Positions 18,430-26,669 of a stretch of DNA of 40,605 nucleotides are shown here, one piece after another. The notes beneath the pieces are model-generated. The model searched no databases, had not been told where the DNA came from, and saw only the letters and a list, made by a program, of their open reading frames with translations. The translations under genes were made by a program, and so were the position numbers. Position 1 is the stretch's first letter; each line of letters opens with the position of its first letter. This stretch comes from a virus (taxonomy: Duplodnaviria > Heunggongvirae > Uroviricota > Caudoviricetes), in IMG/VR virus record IMGVR_UViG_2734482545_000011; one strand, written 5' to 3'.

Positions 18430-19887
18430 TTAGGAGCGCCAAAAAAAACCTGAAAACAATATAATAACAGGATAAATTTCAAGGCGACCAAGAATCATAG
18501 CTATGCACATTAAATATTTTGCAATGTCATTAAGCACTCCGAATGACGATGCAGTAGCCCCAAAACCTAATCCCATATTATTAATACATGCAGCCACTGT
18601 TGCAAATGATGTAAGAAAATCATATCCCATACCATTTAACACCAGTATAAAAAACACCGTGAAGAGAGTATAAAGAAAAAAGAAACTCCATACAGACCTC
18701 ATTACACGATCTGTAACTATCTTCCCTCCTACATTTACACTCAACAACGCTCTGGGATGAGAAAGCTGATTTATCTCGTGTTTGCTTTGTTTGAAAAGTA
18801 TAAGAAATCGAAGTGACTTAATTCCACCACAGGTTGAACCTATACATCCCCCAAAGAAACTTGACAACAGCAAAAACACTATCGTGTGCGTGGGCCAGTT
18901 TGCATAATCCTGCGTAGCTAAACCATTATCAGTGAGCATGGAGCTGGCAAGAAAAAACGAATGAATAAAACTTCCATGCAAGTCATACATACCTATATGC
19001 CAGACCTGGAAAGAGGTAACAATGATCACCCCTAAGGCTATTAACAGAAAGAAACGAAGTTCAATATCTCTGATTAAAGGTTTTATCGTTTTTCTGCTAA
19101 TAACAATATACCAAAGAGTGAAGTTGAAAGCCGATAGCAGGGAAAAAGAACCAGCCACCAGCTCAACCAAATAGTTATTAAAATATCCGATACTCTCGCT
19201 ATGAGTTGAGAAACCACCAAGCGAAACTGTGGAAATCCCGTGACAAATAGCATCAAACAAAGGCATTCCTGCAAGTCTATAACAGACAATACAAGCAATA
19301 CCTAATAAAGAATAAGTTATCCACAGTGTCCGTGACGTATCGGCCAGGCGGGGAGTGAGTTTGTCATCCTTAAATGGCCCCGGCATTTCTGACTGATAAA
19401 GCTTTGCACCACCAATACCCAATAATGGCAATACTGCAACCGCCAGAACAATAACTCCTAAACCACCTATAAAATTTAACTGTGACCGATAGTACAAATA
19501 TGCCCGAGGTAATGAACTAACATCATCAATTACAGTTGCTCCTGTTGTTGTTATTCCAGAAACCCCTTCAAACAGAGCATCAATGAACGTTAAATTAAGT
19601 TCTGAGTCAATCCATAAAGGGAATGCACTAATAACAGAAAACAAAATCCAAAACATTACAATTATAATAAACCCATCACGGGTACGTAATTGAATGCCAG
19701 ATTTCTTAGTTGTATACCACGCTCCGCCACCAATGCAAAAAAATATAACGAAAGTTATAAAGAAAACGAACAGGCTTTTTTCTTTATAAAACAATGCTAC
19801 AACCATTGGTGGCAACATTGAAAGACTATAGAGCCAAACCAGGAACCCACACATATGAGTAACAACTCTTACATGAGATGTATTCAT
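18430..19887 (-). CDS. trkG: Trk-system potassium uptake protein TrkG
   Basis: Polytopic membrane protein MNTSHVRVVTHMCGFLVWLYSLSMLPPMVVALFYKEK...; 485 aa from the internal ATG (the track start is a TTG 6 codons upstream). Visibly AT-rich gene; trkG is a known Rac cargo gene. Confidence 0.9.
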   Translation of the reverse strand: MNTSHVRVVTHMCGFLVWLYSLSMLPPMVVALFYKEKSLFVFFITFVIFFCIGGGAWYTTKKSGIQLRTRDGFIIIVMFWILFSVISAFPLWIDSELNLTFIDALFEGVSGITTTGATVIDDVSSLPRAYLYYRSQLNFIGGLGVIVLAVAVLPLLGIGGAKLYQSEMPGPFKDDKLTPRLADTSRTLWITYSLLGIACIVCYRLAGMPLFDAICHGISTVSLGGFSTHSESIGYFNNYLVELVAGSFSLLSAFNFTLWYIVISRKTIKPLIRDIELRFFLLIALGVIIVTSFQVWHIGMYDLHGSFIHSFFLASSMLTDNGLATQDYANWPTHTIVFLLLSSFFGGCIGSTCGGIKSLRFLILFKQSKHEINQLSHPRALLSVNVGGKIVTDRVMRSVWSFFFLYTLFTVFFILVLNGMGYDFLTSFATVAACINNMGLGFGATASSFGVLNDIAKYLMCIAMILGRLEIYPVIILFSGFFWRS

Positions 19888-20024
19888 ATCTAAATATTCT
19901 TTCAATTATAACCACCTTGCTGCAATATTATGATTATACTGTATAAAATTTAACTCCTCTTAGATCTTACTTCACTGTTCCTTATGAAACAATCATCAAA
20001 ATGAATCATATTGTAGTTAAGATT

Positions 20025-20489
20025 TTACTTTAAACACTGCTCGGTTATGTATTGCTGAGCACCTTCAAGTTGGGCCTGCATCATTACCAGTCGTTCCCGG
20101 AGGGTGAAATAATCCCGTTCAGCGGTGTCTGCCAGTCGGGGGGAGGCTGCATTATCCACGCCGGAGGCGGTGGTGGCTTCACGCACTGACTGACAGACTG
20201 CTTTGATGTGCAACCGACGACGACCAGCGGCAACATCATCACGCAGAGCATCATTTTCAGCTTTCGCATCAGCTAACTCCTTCGTGTATTTTGCATCGAG
20301 CGCAGCAACATCACGCTGACGCATCTGCATGTCAGTAATTGCCGCGTTCGCCAGCTTCAGTTCTCTTGCGTTTTTGTCGCGCTGCTCTTTGTAGGTAATG
20401 GCGTTATCACGGTAATGATTAACAGCCCATGACAGGCAGACGATGATGCAGATAACCAGAGCGGAGATAATCGCGGTTACTCTGTTCAT
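20025..20489 (-). CDS. i-spanin Rz
   Basis: N-terminal TM segment ([16 protein letters not shown]) followed by a charged coiled-coil periplasmic domain; downstream of the endolysin; contains the Rz1 ORF in another frame. Confidence 0.8.
   Translation of the reverse strand: MNRVTAIISALVICIIVCLSWAVNHYRDNAITYKEQRDKNARELKLANAAITDMQMRQRDVAALDAKYTKELADAKAENDALRDDVAAGRRRLHIKAVCQSVREATTASGVDNAASPRLADTAERDYFTLRERLVMMQAQLEGAQQYITEQCLK
20084..20269 (-). CDS. o-spanin Rz1 (lipoprotein embedded in Rz)
   Basis: 61-aa [27 protein letters not shown]... with lipobox VVGC and a Pro-rich mature part ([15 protein letters not shown]); lies entirely inside Rz in the +1 frame. Confidence 0.8.
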   Translation of the reverse strand: MRKLKMMLCVMMLPLVVVGCTSKQSVSQCVKPPPPPAWIMQPPPDWQTPLNGIISPSGNDW

Positions 20490-20983
20490 TGCTGACCCCA
20501 CAAACAGATTTCACGCTCAATCTCACGACGAGTCATGAGACCTTTCCATTGCTTACCGCCAGCATATGTCCAGCGACGTAGCTGATCACATGCGCCTTTG
20601 ATATCGCCCTGGTTTATTTTGCGAAGAAGCGTCGATGTTCTGAAATTGCCAGCACCCACGTTGTAAACGAATGAGTAAAGAGCGCCGCGCGTTGTTTCCG
20701 GTATATCGACTTTGATGTACGGGTTAATTTGTCTGGCGACAGTGGCAAGGTCTTTATTCAAGAGTGTTTTGCATTCTGCTTTGGTATACGTTTTACCGAG
20801 CATGATGTCTTTTCCTGTATGCCCGTGACATACAGTCCATACACCAACAATATCTTTGTATGGTATGTAGCTGACACCTTCCAGACCATCGTTACCACTT
20901 GGGCCAGTGATTAACACTGATGCTATAGCAATTGCTCCGCCACCAATAGCAGCAGCAACGACTTTTCGTAATGATGGAGGCAT
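20486..20983 (-). CDS. SAR endolysin (T4-lysozyme-like muramidase)
   Basis: 165 aa; N-terminal weakly hydrophobic Gly/Ala-rich SAR segment ([20 protein letters not shown]) and catalytic E-x8-D-x5-T ([16 protein letters not shown]). Confidence 0.85.
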   Translation of the reverse strand: MPPSLRKVVAAAIGGGAIAIASVLITGPSGNDGLEGVSYIPYKDIVGVWTVCHGHTGKDIMLGKTYTKAECKTLLNKDLATVARQINPYIKVDIPETTRGALYSFVYNVGAGNFRTSTLLRKINQGDIKGACDQLRRWTYAGGKQWKGLMTRREIEREICLWGQQ

Positions 20984-21198
20984 TATTCACCTCTCGCAGC
21001 CTTGCGCTTATCTTCTTTAATCTTGAAATAAAGGTTTGTCAGGTACGTCAGCAGGCCAAATACCAGACTACCCAGCACACCGATTGCAGCCCACTGTGAC
21101 GGAGTTACTCTATCGAGCAACTGTAAAAACCAGTAGCCAGCACTGCCTGCGGAGGTGCCGTAGGCAATGCCTGTTGAAATTTTGTCCATGGATTTCAT
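20983..21198 (-). CDS. pinholin (phage 21 S-type), dual-start
   Basis: [71 protein letters not shown]; two TMDs; Met1-Lys-Ser-Met4 dual-start motif; GGAGGTGAGG RBS. Closely resembles the phage 21 pinholin as I recall it. Confidence 0.85.
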   Translation of the reverse strand: MKSMDKISTGIAYGTSAGSAGYWFLQLLDRVTPSQWAAIGVLGSLVFGLLTYLTNLYFKIKEDKRKAARGE

Positions 21199-21302
21199 AG
21201 CCTCACCTCCGCACGGAACGGATGGCATAGTTATTATGTGTAGGCTTTCAGACACATCAATCAGAGCCTTAATTGATATATATGCTGGAGACGATGCAAT
21301 AT

Positions 21303-21324
21303 AAAAAGCTCGCCGTAGCGAGCT
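21303..21324 (-). terminator. intrinsic terminator after the lipoprotein moron
   Basis: Minus strand AGCTCGC-TACG-GCGAGCT followed by TTTTATATTG, between lipoprotein gene 1 and the pinholin gene. Confidence 0.55.
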
Positions 21325-21449
21325 AATAAAATGTATTTCTCTGATATTATGTTTATTTGTATTAGCTCAGACTTGACATCACAGGTTTCGTATATAGAAC
21401 ATCATCAAATCTGTCAGTTTGCTATGAATGAGATATAGTAATTGAAGAG

Positions 21450-21845
21450 CTAACCTCGCATGTCAAAGCCAGATTTCTGAAAATCTCTGTAGACTTCCGG
21501 ATTGTTGAAGGCCGGAAATTTGGCTTTATGAGCTGCGGACTTTATCGCTTCGCAATAGGCTTTATCACCGTTACTGGTAGATATTTTTAACGCCGTGCCA
21601 TCCTGAGAGAATTCCATATGCAACCTGCATTTTTTCCCTTTCCAGTTATGCGGCTCATCAAGTTTGGCATTAATTGCAGCTCTGATTCCCCGCGCTTGCG
21701 CCCCCCATTCATCCTGATCATCCCAGCGTCCTGAACTGCAACTACCTGTAGCAGTAGTTTTGTGGCAATCTGAAGGGTGTAAAGGTGTGCATCCCGCAAC
21801 AAAACCGACCCAAAAAGTCAACATAACGATTTTCTTTAATCCCAC
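21450..21845 (-). CDS. outer-membrane lipoprotein with TolA domain III-like C-terminal domain (paralog 1)
   Basis: 131 aa; GTG start with GAGGAG RBS; signal peptide plus lipobox VAGC; C-terminal part (KKCRLHMEFSQDGTALKISTSNGDKAYCEAIKSAAHKAKFPAFNNPEVYRDFQKSGFD) aligns with paralog 2, including two conserved Cys. Confidence 0.55.
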   Translation of the reverse strand: MGLKKIVMLTFWVGFVAGCTPLHPSDCHKTTATGSCSSGRWDDQDEWGAQARGIRAAINAKLDEPHNWKGKKCRLHMEFSQDGTALKISTSNGDKAYCEAIKSAAHKAKFPAFNNPEVYRDFQKSGFDMRG

Positions 21846-21995
21846 TTCTTGCTCCTCAATCCATTAAAATCTCAGCAATAGTAGTTGTTACGTCCGCCAC
21901 TGGCTCAGAGCTGACTATCCGCTAAATTTAGCTCAGTGCCGTAGCTGTGTCAGAACAAACCTAAGCCGAAACCGTTTATTACAAAACAATAAATA

Positions 21996-22424
21996 TCAGG
22001 GTTTAAAATCCAGCACCCCATTTTGAAATACTTTATATACTTCCGGCGAAGGGGGGGCAGGTATATCAGCATTCTTTATCGCATTCATCGCTTCACGACA
22101 TAAATCGAGGTCTCCACTTTCTCTTTTAACCTCCAGTAGAAGGCCATTCGGGGCCATATGCATTCTCAGTGTACACTCTTTTCCTGAATACTTACTCGCA
22201 TCCCCGAACTGTTTTTCGATGGCGCTCTTGATTTGATGGGCATACAGACGGATATCCTCACTAACATCAGAAGTACGTTCAGATGAACTCACATACTGTG
22301 TCTCTATTGCTTTATCGGAGTAATATGATGTACGGTCATGATAATTTGTCGATACAGCATCAGTGCACCCGATAATAATCCCACTAATAATCAACGTAAG
22401 AATTGATGCGCTACGAAAACCCAT
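21996..22424 (-). CDS. outer-membrane lipoprotein with TolA domain III-like C-terminal domain (paralog 2)
   Basis: 142 aa; lipobox IIGC; C-terminus YAHQIKSAIEKQFGDASKYSGKECTLRMHMAPNGLLLEVKRESGDLDLCREAMNAIKNADIPAPPSPEVYKVFQNGVLDFKP closely matches my recollection of the E. coli TolA C-terminal domain (...GKTCTLRIKLAPDG...GGDPALCQAALAAAKLAKIPKPPSQAVYEVFKNAPLDFKP). Confidence 0.65.
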   Translation of the reverse strand: MGFRSASILTLIISGIIIGCTDAVSTNYHDRTSYYSDKAIETQYVSSSERTSDVSEDIRLYAHQIKSAIEKQFGDASKYSGKECTLRMHMAPNGLLLEVKRESGDLDLCREAMNAIKNADIPAPPSPEVYKVFQNGVLDFKP

Positions 22425-22453
22425 TTTTCCTCACATATGTCATATAGTAAAGG

Positions 22454-22483
22454 ATTATATATACCGTTGTTTTGGACGCTCAA
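22454..22483 (-). promoter_or_regulatory. candidate sigma70 promoter of the lipoprotein moron
   Basis: Minus strand TTGAGC - 18 bp - TATAAT, about 30 nt upstream of the paralog-2 ATG (GAGGA RBS). Confidence 0.35.
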
Positions 22484-23014
22484 ACAGCGAATCAGATCAA
22501 ATAAAACGCACATTTGTTAACATTTACACAAAGTCTGCGTGGGATATTCTGAAAGAATATCCATAATGTGGAGAGAATCTATTGAAGTGCATGGTGCCGG
22601 GTGCCTCCCGGTGAACAAAATGTTCGTGATACCTGTCGGCGACAGAAAAGGTTAATGGTATCACCCCACCGCACAGGGGGATTCACCATGCAGGAGTTTT
22701 CTTAGCAAACTCACTGCGCGCCCGGCAACTCCCAACCACATAAAATGCGGAGTTTGTGGCATTTATGCATATAACTCGCAGGAATTATCTTAAAAAACTG
22801 ATGTCGATCCGGATTAAAAAGAAGCAGGTCATCATCAGATGACTGGAAAAAAGGAAAACAAAAAATACTCATCATACAGTTTTGATTGCAGGGATGAGCC
22901 TGCTATGCACAATATGCAGAATATAAGCAAGATAAAAATATGCAGGCATATTATTTCGGATCTTGTTATTAACACAACCTTTTTAATAATCATTTGGCAT
23001 ACAATAAACCAGCC

Positions 23015-23041
23015 CAAAAAGAACCGCCTAAACAGGCGGTT
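23015..23041 (-). terminator. hairpin plus U-run in the Q-to-moron spacer (T2)
   Basis: Minus strand AACCGCC-TGTTTA-GGCGGTT followed by CTTTTTGGG. Confidence 0.45.
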
Positions 23042-23360
23042 GGTCAATACAAAGGATGCTTCGTCTTTATTATAGTAATCTGAGGCGTCGGGTGTCTTGT
23101 ATCAGACAACATATTGTCCCGCTAAACAGCGAATTACAAACCACCCTGCAATGATCTCTCATCTCATTTTATATGAGTTGACGACATCAGGATAACGCAT
23201 CATCAGCCCCTGCCAAGAAATATCAAAACTCCCGCCAGCAATGTGTTATCACAATATTGTAAAAAAAACACAGCACCGAAACTATAACTGGTCTCTGTTA
23301 TAATTTGGAGCAGAAAGACCAGTTGCCCAACTAGCAGCATTCTCCCCTGCTTTCCTGACG

Positions 23361-23389
23361 TAAAAAAACCGCATTAAGCGGTTTTTTTA
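23361..23389 (-). terminator. hairpin flanked by A- and T-runs about 80 bp after the Q-like stop (T1; tR-prime-like position)
   Basis: AAAAAAACCGC-TTAAT-GCGGTTTTTTT; reads as a terminator on either strand. Confidence 0.5.
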
Positions 23390-23468
23390 CGATGTCCATG
23401 TCTGCAATCCGCCTCGCGATACAGCTTTGCGAAGCATAGCAAAATTGAAGCAGTTTATACGTAAGAAA

Positions 23469-24011
23469 TCAAGCCATTTTCTCAGCAAATGATTCACGCA
23501 TGGGAATATATAGGGCATACTCAGCAACAGCTAACCAATTAGCAATCCGTTTTTCGCATGTGCTAAAACACCACTCTGGGTGTGCATCATTTAGCAATTC
23601 AGCCATTTTGCGCTTAGTCATCCCCCGCCCTTCATAGCGTTGCCGGAGAATGCAAATCAATCCTGGATGCTCTGCCAGCACCTCACTTATGACTCGATCA
23701 ATACATAACGCCTCTGCATCAGTACAATGCGCCAGCCAGCTCTTTTGCTTGCCGTTGATCATCTCTCGCAAAAACGCTTCCAGCTCAGCTTTCTCTATTC
23801 CCGCTTTTTTCATTCTGCGCAGGGCTTCATTAATGGCTGTTTTCGTCAGTTTTTTGGATGCCAACAACTGATTGAACATATTCCCTGACCTGCCACCGCC
23901 AATATACGACCAGCGCCCCCACATACGTAGTTTTCCCTGAATCCAGACACTTTCCAGCGTGGTGAGGCGAAGGTGTTCTCCGCTTTTTCCTGTATTCGTT
24001 GGGTAAATCAT
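23469..24011 (-). CDS. late antiterminator Q-like protein
   Basis: 180-aa ORF with several Cys/His; last gene of the nin-like block, immediately upstream of the late-region terminators and lysis genes. Assignment is mainly positional. Confidence 0.5.
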   Translation of the reverse strand: MIYPTNTGKSGEHLRLTTLESVWIQGKLRMWGRWSYIGGGRSGNMFNQLLASKKLTKTAINEALRRMKKAGIEKAELEAFLREMINGKQKSWLAHCTDAEALCIDRVISEVLAEHPGLICILRQRYEGRGMTKRKMAELLNDAHPEWCFSTCEKRIANWLAVAEYALYIPMRESFAEKMA

Positions 24012-24298
24012 AAATGACCTTTCTTTCTCCAGATTTCTTGTGTGCGAAAAACCCCTTCAGCATGCATCAGGCGCAATTCTTCTTTGGTGTAATCGCTGGT
24101 TTTTACCCGCCCGTCGATTAGATCGTGGCATGAGCTACAGGCTATCGCCGCCTGCATATCATGTGGTTTTGTCGCTGTTCCGCACGTCCCCGCCAGCCTG
24201 TAATGCGCCAGCACAGAGGTTTCGGGATTGTGATTGCAGTAGCCAGGGATTCTGATCTGGCACATCTGGCCTTTAGCCGCTTTACGTAAATTCACCAT
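24008..24298 (-). CDS. YbcO-like Cys-rich protein (DUF1364-type)
   Basis: 96-aa ORF MVNLRKAAKGQMCQIRIPGYCNHNPETSVLAHYRLAGTCGTATKPHDMQAAIACSSCHDLIDG...; size and Cys pattern match the lambdoid nin-region YbcO family as I recall it. Confidence 0.55.
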   Translation of the reverse strand: MVNLRKAAKGQMCQIRIPGYCNHNPETSVLAHYRLAGTCGTATKPHDMQAAIACSSCHDLIDGRVKTSDYTKEELRLMHAEGVFRTQEIWRKKGHL

Positions 24299-24897
24299 TA
24301 CGCAAACTCCAGTAGTTGTGCGGCCACATTTTCAACTTCCTCCTGAGAGGAGAATTTACGGAACAGAATCCAGTTCCACAGCACATTCAGTACAGATTTA
24401 TAAACCTGCTGAAACTCGACTTCGTCCATATTCGCAAAAGCGATGGATTTTGCCCGACGCCCACGGCTACCGTCCGGATAAATATGCTCGGTGTAAAATC
24501 CGGCCTGAATGGTTACCCACTCGCGGAAAGCCTCAAACGACTTTAGCAACGCCGTATCCCGGGTTCTACGAGTCGCAACGGTGTTAAGGTATTGCTCTGC
24601 GGCATCACTCAGGGCTGGCGTGTGTTCCCGACCAACTGATTCGCACAGGTAATCAACGAAACCAGACAGCAGTTCTCGTTCGCGAGGCGTGATCGCCCCA
24701 CCGACCGGAGTCCAGTAATCGAATCCCAGTTGCAGGAGTTTGAAAAAACGCTTGTGGAATGCGTAGTTACGCACACGCTTAAAGTCTGCGTGTATCCACT
24801 CACCTATTTTGATTTGATGCAGAAAATCGCAACTCTCCGGCGTCGCCGGGAGAAGTAAACCAGAAGAGGTTTGTTTGACCAGTTGTATATGCGCCAT
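24298..24897 (-). CDS. hypothetical nin-region protein
   Basis: 199-aa ORF, translationally coupled to the YbcO-like gene (start/stop overlap). Confidence 0.5.
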   Translation of the reverse strand: MAHIQLVKQTSSGLLLPATPESCDFLHQIKIGEWIHADFKRVRNYAFHKRFFKLLQLGFDYWTPVGGAITPRERELLSGFVDYLCESVGREHTPALSDAAEQYLNTVATRRTRDTALLKSFEAFREWVTIQAGFYTEHIYPDGSRGRRAKSIAFANMDEVEFQQVYKSVLNVLWNWILFRKFSSQEEVENVAAQLLEFA

Positions 24898-24955
24898 TTC
24901 TCAATCTCTCGATGGCGCAGCGCAGCAGATGCCAGTTGTTCAGGCTGACGAATAA

Positions 24956-24983
24956 AGTATAAATAAACTGGCTATGGTGTAAA
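24956..24983 (-). promoter_or_regulatory. candidate sigma70 promoter for the nin/Q block
   Basis: Minus strand TTTACA - 16 bp - TATACT, about 60 nt upstream of the 199-aa gene start, at the edge of the AT-rich island. Confidence 0.4.
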
Positions 24984-25178
24984 GCCCCACATAGCATGAA
25001 CAAACACTACATATCAAATAGCTGGTACAAGGATAGAAATACGACACTTATTATTAAAAACGATTAGATAAATTACATTTTAATGTTATGCAAAAGTTCT
25101 TTTTTATCATAACATTTCAATAAAAGCATTACAGATGCAATCATCCCGTCATCATCAATTATTTAAGGTGGTTAAACA

Positions 25179-25277
25179 TGGAAAATAACAAGTTCGCACA
25201 TCTCGCTCCTTTTTTATCCGTAATCCTTTTCGCTTGTTGTTTTATATGGGCATTATTTTTATAAAGTAGCCACATGA
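25179..25277 (+). CDS. small hydrophobic peptide ORF (32 aa)
   Basis: AAGGTGG Shine-Dalgarno 6 nt before ATG; MENNKFAHLAPFLSVILFACCFIWALFYKVAT, one predicted TM helix; in an AT-rich intergenic stretch. Below the track cutoff; coordinates approximate. Confidence 0.3.
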
Positions 25278-25672
25278 TAAGTTGCTGGAATCATATTTCC
25301 CACTCAAGTCATTAACATTTGATAAGATATATCTAAAAGGACGCCTTTACATTATTTATGCGTATATAATTTATTTATATACACAGTAAAGGTATCCTGG
25401 GAAAATATTTATCGTTAAAAAATACATCATAAATAATTAAGCTGAAATTTCAGAACACAACTAATACACACAATAAGGTTCAGTAACAGTAATCTATGTG
25501 GACTACATCGAGATTTTTTGATTAAACTTTAATAACTTATTCCTAACACACAGAATGCATAAACTAAAAGTAAAACAAATAGTTATACGAAAAACAACCA
25601 TATTTATTCTATCTTCTCCTCTAATCAACATATCAATTATGTGTTTCATAACAGCTTGACATAACCCTCCAA

Positions 25673-25695
25673 AAGATGCATTTTTAATGCATGTT
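25673..25695 (+). promoter_or_regulatory. NsrR-type 11-1-11 inverted repeat overlapping the predicted promoter of the YeaR-like gene
   Basis: AAGATGCATTT-T-TAATGCATGTT (ATGCAT ... ATGCAT), downstream of a perfect TTGACA at 25656-25661 and about 16 nt before the GGAGGAGGTGG RBS. Confidence 0.4.
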
Positions 25696-25710
25696 TTGGA
25701 GGAGGTGGTT

Positions 25711-26049
25711 ATGACACACAAGAGAATTCCTAAAGATTGGGTAATCAAACGCTCAACTCCGTTCTTCACAAAAGAGAACGTACCTTCAGCGTTATTAACA
25801 CATCATAATACAGCAGCAGGTGTTTTTGGGCAGTTGTGCGTAATGGAAGGCACTGTAACATATTATGGTTTTACTGATGAGAATGCTACTGAACCGGAGA
25901 TAAAAGTAGTCATTAATGCTGGCGCTTTTGCAACAAGCCCACCACAATACTGGCACCGTGTTGAACTAAGCGATGATGCTCAGTTTAATATTAACTTTTG
26001 GGTCGCTCCAGACTTTTCGGGCGAAAAAGTCTATAGCACCAAAAAATAG
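25711..26049 (+). CDS. YeaR-like DUF1971 protein
   Basis: 112 aa from the internal ATG with a very strong GGAGGAGGTGG RBS; pattern RSTPFF...H...GV.G.L.VMEG.V.YYGF.DE...EPE...AG.FA..PPQ.WH.VE...DA.FNI.F.VAP resembles E. coli YeaR as I recall it. Confidence 0.5.
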   Translation: MTHKRIPKDWVIKRSTPFFTKENVPSALLTHHNTAAGVFGQLCVMEGTVTYYGFTDENATEPEIKVVINAGAFATSPPQYWHRVELSDDAQFNINFWVAPDFSGEKVYSTKK

Positions 26050-26077
26050 ATGATCATATTAAAAATGCTTTAACAGT

Positions 26078-26116
26078 CAGACCCGGCAGGGCTATCCCCG
26101 ACGGGTCTCATTTTTG
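26078..26116 (+). terminator. intrinsic terminator after the YeaR-like gene
   Basis: AGACCCG-(16 nt loop)-CGGGTCT followed by CATTTTTG, about 30 nt after the stop codon. Confidence 0.5.
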
Positions 26117-26267
26117 TAAATATATTGGTTCTACATTGACAGGAGACTTCAACCATAAGAAGTAATCTGAATACTTGAGCAATAAATTTACTTAAGATTA
26201 ATGAGCGCACCTTGCCGGACAAAGATAAACCAAGGTAACACCTTTTTTCTAGCCAGTATGTAATCAA

Positions 26268-26486
26268 TCAGAAAGCCGCTCCATAAGAACAACAGCAAGA
26301 CAATAAATTGCCATTACAGCCGCAATAGCCAGCGCACATTTGAGAACCAGCACGACAACCCCCTGTATTAGACGCACACCAGTCCTGATAAATATGAGGC
26401 TGTCTCGTCAGTGATTCAATACAACTATTGGGTATAGTTTCTGTGATTTTATTCTGTAGAAATGGAACACAACAACCAGTCACCAC
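26268..26486 (-). CDS. Cys/Gly-rich small ORF (about 72 aa), uncertain
   Basis: AAGGAA then 6 nt then GTG; ...CASNTGGCRAGSQMCAGYCGCNGNLLSCCCSYGAAF; 11 Cys; no signal peptide. Could be spurious. Confidence 0.25.
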   Translation of the reverse strand: MVTGCCVPFLQNKITETIPNSCIESLTRQPHIYQDWCASNTGGCRAGSQMCAGYCGCNGNLLSCCCSYGAAF

Positions 26487-26669
26487 CAGCACTTCCTTAA
26501 ATGCTCTAAGTCAGAAACAAGCCAACATTTTAGTCCGCTTTGAGCGATCTGCAGACATTGCTAGCAGCCTTCTGTGTGAATTCTCAGGGAGCAGGTCGGC
26601 ATAGCATCACGTTGAGGCTCTTACCCTACTTGTTCACACCAACCCTAACTCCACAGACTGATTCATAAA

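Noticed and set aside
22835-23075. 70-78 aa ORFs on both strands in the Q-to-moron spacer
   Set aside because: AT-rich and low-complexity, they run straight through the terminator hairpin at 23015-23041 and lack convincing RBS; more likely non-coding regulatory DNA.
22425-23468. Possible tRNA genes in the Q-to-lysis region, where some lambdoid phages carry tRNAs
   Set aside because: No T-loop-like GGTTCGAATCC-type sequence or cloverleaf-compatible inverted repeats found by eye; a tRNAscan run would be needed to exclude this formally.
26070-26267. 65-aa minus-strand ORF downstream of the YeaR-like gene
   Set aside because: Overlaps the plus-strand terminator hairpin at 26078-26116, has no RBS, and its translation looks random.
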